Assembly: GCF_004010195.1 (NCBI RefSeq) | Contig: NC_057717.1 | Span: 104,308,080-104,365,803 of the forward strand | Direction: 5' to 3' | Length of the DNA stretch: 57,724 nucleotides | Source: Chiloscyllium plagiosum | Taxonomy: Eukaryota | In this document: piece after piece, positions 53,951 to 57,724 of the stretch | How positions within the stretch are numbered: position 1 is the stretch's first letter | Layout: every line of letters begins with the position of its first letter | The notes under the pieces: model-generated | What the model saw: only the letters and a program-made list of their open reading frames with translations | Told to the model about the DNA's origin: nothing | The model's database searches: none | Translations under genes and position numbers: made by a program

Positions 53951-54324
53951 ATCCAAACAGGCAGAGATCCTCCCCTCCCCCTCAACACATGCACACACAC
54001 TCTGCCCCATCTGCTGTTCCCACACATTCATTCTCAGCCATTCCGAGCAGCTGTTCCAAAATCACCAGCTCCAGCTCGCTGCCTGAATTGCTCCTCTGTG
54101 ACCCAGCAGCCCTGGCTTTAACCCACTCCCTATCTCTGTTGGTTGTGCTCTCGCCTCTCAGTCTGAAGGATTTGGCTTCACCTCTTGCTCTGGAGCCTCT
54201 GAGCCTGCTATTCAGACTGGCACCTGCCCATCTCGGGTGCTGTCATTCCGTTAGCATTGCTGTGGAACTGAGACTCCCACGTGGTCAGGAAGGGAAAGCA
54301 TAAAATATTCCGTGGCACTGTCTC

Positions 54325-54595
54325 TGATTTGATTTGATTCATTGTTGTCACATGTACCTGAGTACAGTGAAACGTTTTGTTTTGTTGGCAGTACAGGCAG
54401 ATCATACCATACAAAGTGAATTAGGGTAATAGGAAAGAATGAGGGATACAATGTTACAGCTGCAGAGAATGTGCACAGAGAGCGAGATCTACATTAAATT
54501 TAAAATTTGAGCGGCCCTTTCAGGAGTCTAATAACAGCAAGGAAGAAACTGTTCTTGAATCTGTTGGTCTGTGTCTTTAAGCTTGTGATCTTCTG
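54325..54595 (-). mobile_element. Rex1/Babar-type LINE 3' end
   Basis: Reverse complement homologous to 2470-2737, with (GATTT)n tail on +. Confidence 0.7.
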
Positions 54596-55142
54596 TGTCT
54601 TGAAAAAGGACAGGGAGGGGGGTTCTGCCAATGCCCTGCTTGATATTTGTCCCTCAACAGGTATCCCTTAAGCATATCAGTACCAGGTGGCCACTTACGC
54701 AAACTGGCTTGTCCTCCATTGTAATAATGTCGAGGGGCTCTTGTGGTACAGTGGTAGTGTCCCTGCCTCTGAGACAGCTGTCATGGGTTCAAGGTGAACA
54801 TCTCTGAATGGGCTGATTAGAATACATAGAAAATGGCGACTAACCTCACTTTATCAAGTGCTTTCCCAACACTTTTTAAAACACACACCTTCTTTTTCCT
54901 TTGAAAAAGGCCGGCCTTTCAATCTGTGAGCTCAGCTTCTGCTGTTCAAGGGCCAAGCTGTGAATGTACGGTAGTTGGCCCCAAGCACGTTCCCTCACAC
55001 TCTGTAAACCCACCTCTTTGTTGGGTGCAGTGATGCTTTGGTTGTGAGTTGGAACTAATCTCTCAAGGATCAATTCAACCCCCCGATTTCAGTATTCAAA
55101 CAGAGGTCAGGCATGAAGGCTCACTCTTTGATAATATCCAGA

Positions 55143-55625
55143 GTCATAGAGTCATAGGAGATGGACAGCACGGAAATAGACCCTTCGGACCAACTCCTCT
55201 ATGCCGACTACATATTCTAAATTAATCTAGTCCCATTTGCCAACACTTAGCCTATATCCCTCTCAACCCTTCCTATTTGTATGGGAAATTTATCATGGCC
55301 AGTTCACTTAACCTGCATAGAGCCATAGAGATGTACAGCATGGAAACAGACTCTTCAGTCCAACCCGTCCATGCCGACCAGATATCCCAATCCCAATCTA
55401 GTTCCACCTGCCAGCACCCGGCCCATATCCCTCCAAACCCTTCCTATTCATATACCCATCCAGATGCCTTTTAAATGTTATAATTGTACCAGCCTCCATC
55501 ACTTCCTCTGGCAGCTCATTCCACACACGTACCACCCTCTGTGTGAAAAAGTTGCCCCTTAAGTCCCTTTTAGATCTTTCCCCTCTCACCCTAAGCCTAT
55601 GCCCTCCAGCTCTGGACTCCCCCAT
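55143..55625 (-). mobile_element. two stacked CR1 3' ends
   Basis: RGNFFTQRVVRVWNELP...FKRHLDGYM plus a duplicated 3' UTR. Confidence 0.8.
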
Positions 55626-56008
55626 TCATCAAGGCCTAAAACTGATTTTAGCCAACGAGAGTCTTTGGAGGTGTGATGTAAAGCATCGTTAAACATAAGG
55701 CACAGCTGCCAACTTCACTTTGGTGGGATATGCGCTGTATTTACCTGCCTGTGTGACAAACACTGAATCCTCCCTCTGTGTGAAAAAGTTGCTCCTTAGG
55801 TCCCTTTTAGATCTTTCCCCTCTCACCCTAAACCTATGCCCTCCAGCTCTGGACTCCCCCATTCATCAAGGCCTAAAACTGATTTTAGCCAATGAGAGTC
55901 TTTGGAGGTGTGATGTAAAGCATCGTTAAACATAAGGCACAGCTGCCAACTTCACTTTGGTGGGATATGCGCTGTATTTACCTGCCTGTGTGACAAACAC
56001 TGAATCCT
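55535..56008 (+). repeat. 237-bp direct tandem duplication
   Basis: 55535-55771 is repeated at 55772-56008 with about 4 substitutions. Confidence 0.93.
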
Positions 56009-56986
56009 TCCATGGATCGACCAAGTCCTGACATCTCTTCAGTGACCGTGCCAATATTTTGGGGTTTTCATTTTCCTTTCTTGTCTCCGGAAATGTTTCA
56101 GTCTTCATACCTTGGTGTGCACGGTGAATAAACTGGTTCCAGGTGTTACTGTTGAGAAAGGAGAGGGGGAGTGGAATGTGGTTTCAAGATTTGATAGTGT
56201 CTATGGGGCAAAGGTATGTTCTCTGCTGATGGAGTTGGAGTCCAGGACAAGAGGGCAGATCTTAAACTCTGAGCCGGGACTGTTCAGGAAGCACTGCTCC
56301 ATCCAAAGAGAAATCTGGAATTCTGACCCCAGAAAGTTATTGAGGCTTTTGAGACCATTGAAAATGTCAAACTATTTCAATAGAATTAGAACTGGGCCAG
56401 AATTAAGATTTATTGCCCCATGTACTCAAGTACAGGAATACAGTGAGTGTATACAATGTCACCATTTACTGGCACCATCTCAGGTACAAATACCCGAATT
56501 GGAATATTGATATGTTACTGTTGTCGGAAGAGGGCTTACGGGACATAGAATCAAGGCAGGACAATGGAGCCAAAATCCAGATTAACCATCATTCAAACTG
56601 GGTATTGGACCAAACAGGCTGAGTGGCCTTCTCCTGTTCTTCCTCTTTTGTGAGGAGGCCCATTCAGTCAGTGAGACACTCCCTCTGCTGCGCAGAATGC
56701 TTCATTTCTCAGGAACAGAAACAGTTAACACATCAACCATCTATCCATGTCAGGATCTACCTCCCCTTGTATTGCTGAGAGCAGATTAGGAGGAGGATGT
56801 GAGAACATTCCCTGGTAATAAGATGCTGCCTTTGTGTTTGTTTTGAAAATGATTATTGTTTGAGTATCACTAATCAGATAACTGCAGGGTCACGATGCCA
56901 GTTGTTGTTAATTACCTCCCCTGCTTTGTCAGAACCAGCAACTTAGATTTCCAGATATTTTCCTCACTAACCCATTCAGAGATGTT

Positions 56987-57724
56987 ATAGACAATAGACA
57001 ATAGGTGCAGGAGTAGGCCATTCTGCCCTTCGAGCCTGCACCACCATTCAATATGATTATGGCTGATCATCCTTAATCAGTATCCTGTTCCTGCCTTATC
57101 TCCATAACCCTTGATTCCACAATCCTTGAGAGCTCTATCCAATTCTTTCTTAAATGAATCCAGAGACTGGGCCTCCACTGCCCTCTAGGGCAGAGCATTC
57201 CACACAGCCACCACTCTCTGGGTGAAGAAGTTTCTCCTCATCTCTGTCCTAAATGGTCTACCCCGTATTTTTAAGCTGTGTCCTCTGGTTCGGCACTCAC
57301 CCATCAGCGGAAACATGTTTCCTGCCTCCAGAGTGTCCAATCCTTTAATAATCTTACATGTCTCAATCAGATCCCCTCTCAGTCTTATAAACTCAAGGGT
57401 ATACAAGCCCAGTCACTCCAGTCTTTCAGTGTAAGGTAATCCCACCATTCCAGGAATTCACCTCGTGAACCTACGCTGCACTCCCTCAATAGCCAGAATG
57501 TCTTTCCTCAAATTTGGAGAACAGAACTGCACGCAGTACTCCAGGTGTGGTCTCACCAGAGCCCTGTACAGCTGCAGAAGAACCTCTTTGCTTCTATACT
57601 CAATCCCTCTTATTATGAAGGCCAGCATGCTATCAGCCTTCTTCACTACCTGCTGTACCTGCATGCTTACCCTCATTGACTGGTGTACAAGAACACCCAG
57701 AACTCTTTGTACTGCCCCTTTACC
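56987..57724 (-). mobile_element. CR1 LINE 3' part (younger subfamily), runs off window
   Basis: LQLYRALVRPHLEYCVQF..., RLRGDLIETCKI...TRGHSLKI...RRNFFTQRVV..WNALP. Confidence 0.92.

Overview
This is 57.7 kb of vertebrate genomic DNA, almost certainly from a shark, because it carries HE1-type SINEs and HER1/CR1-type LINEs. It has two assembly gaps (7518-8017, 30644-30886). Two convergent spliced genes can be built by hand with frame-consistent GT-AG junctions. The first is the last four coding exons of a C19orf67 (UPF0575/DUF3314) orthologue on + (8109-12097). The second is a complete ~1116-aa DUF4596-family gene on - (ATG 37975, stop 16140, five coding exons, probable non-coding first exon and CCAAT promoter near 53.7-53.95 kb). 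It best matches PRR36, the paralogue of BTBD8/KIAA1107. The rest is decayed transposons: CR1, L1-Tx1, Rex1, Penelope-like elements (PLEs), tRNA-derived SINEs and a Tc1/mariner-type MITE. The most interesting non-coding signal is a dispersed set of minimal hammerhead-ribozyme-like motifs (CTGAnGA-A-stem II-GAAACGTC/GAAAGCTA) in three to four sequence families of short PLE-derived elements, several forming fold-back hairpins centred on the motif. There is also a ~310-bp-arm inverted duplication and a 237-bp tandem duplication. Gene names come from recalled motifs, not from a search, and repeat boundaries are approximate.
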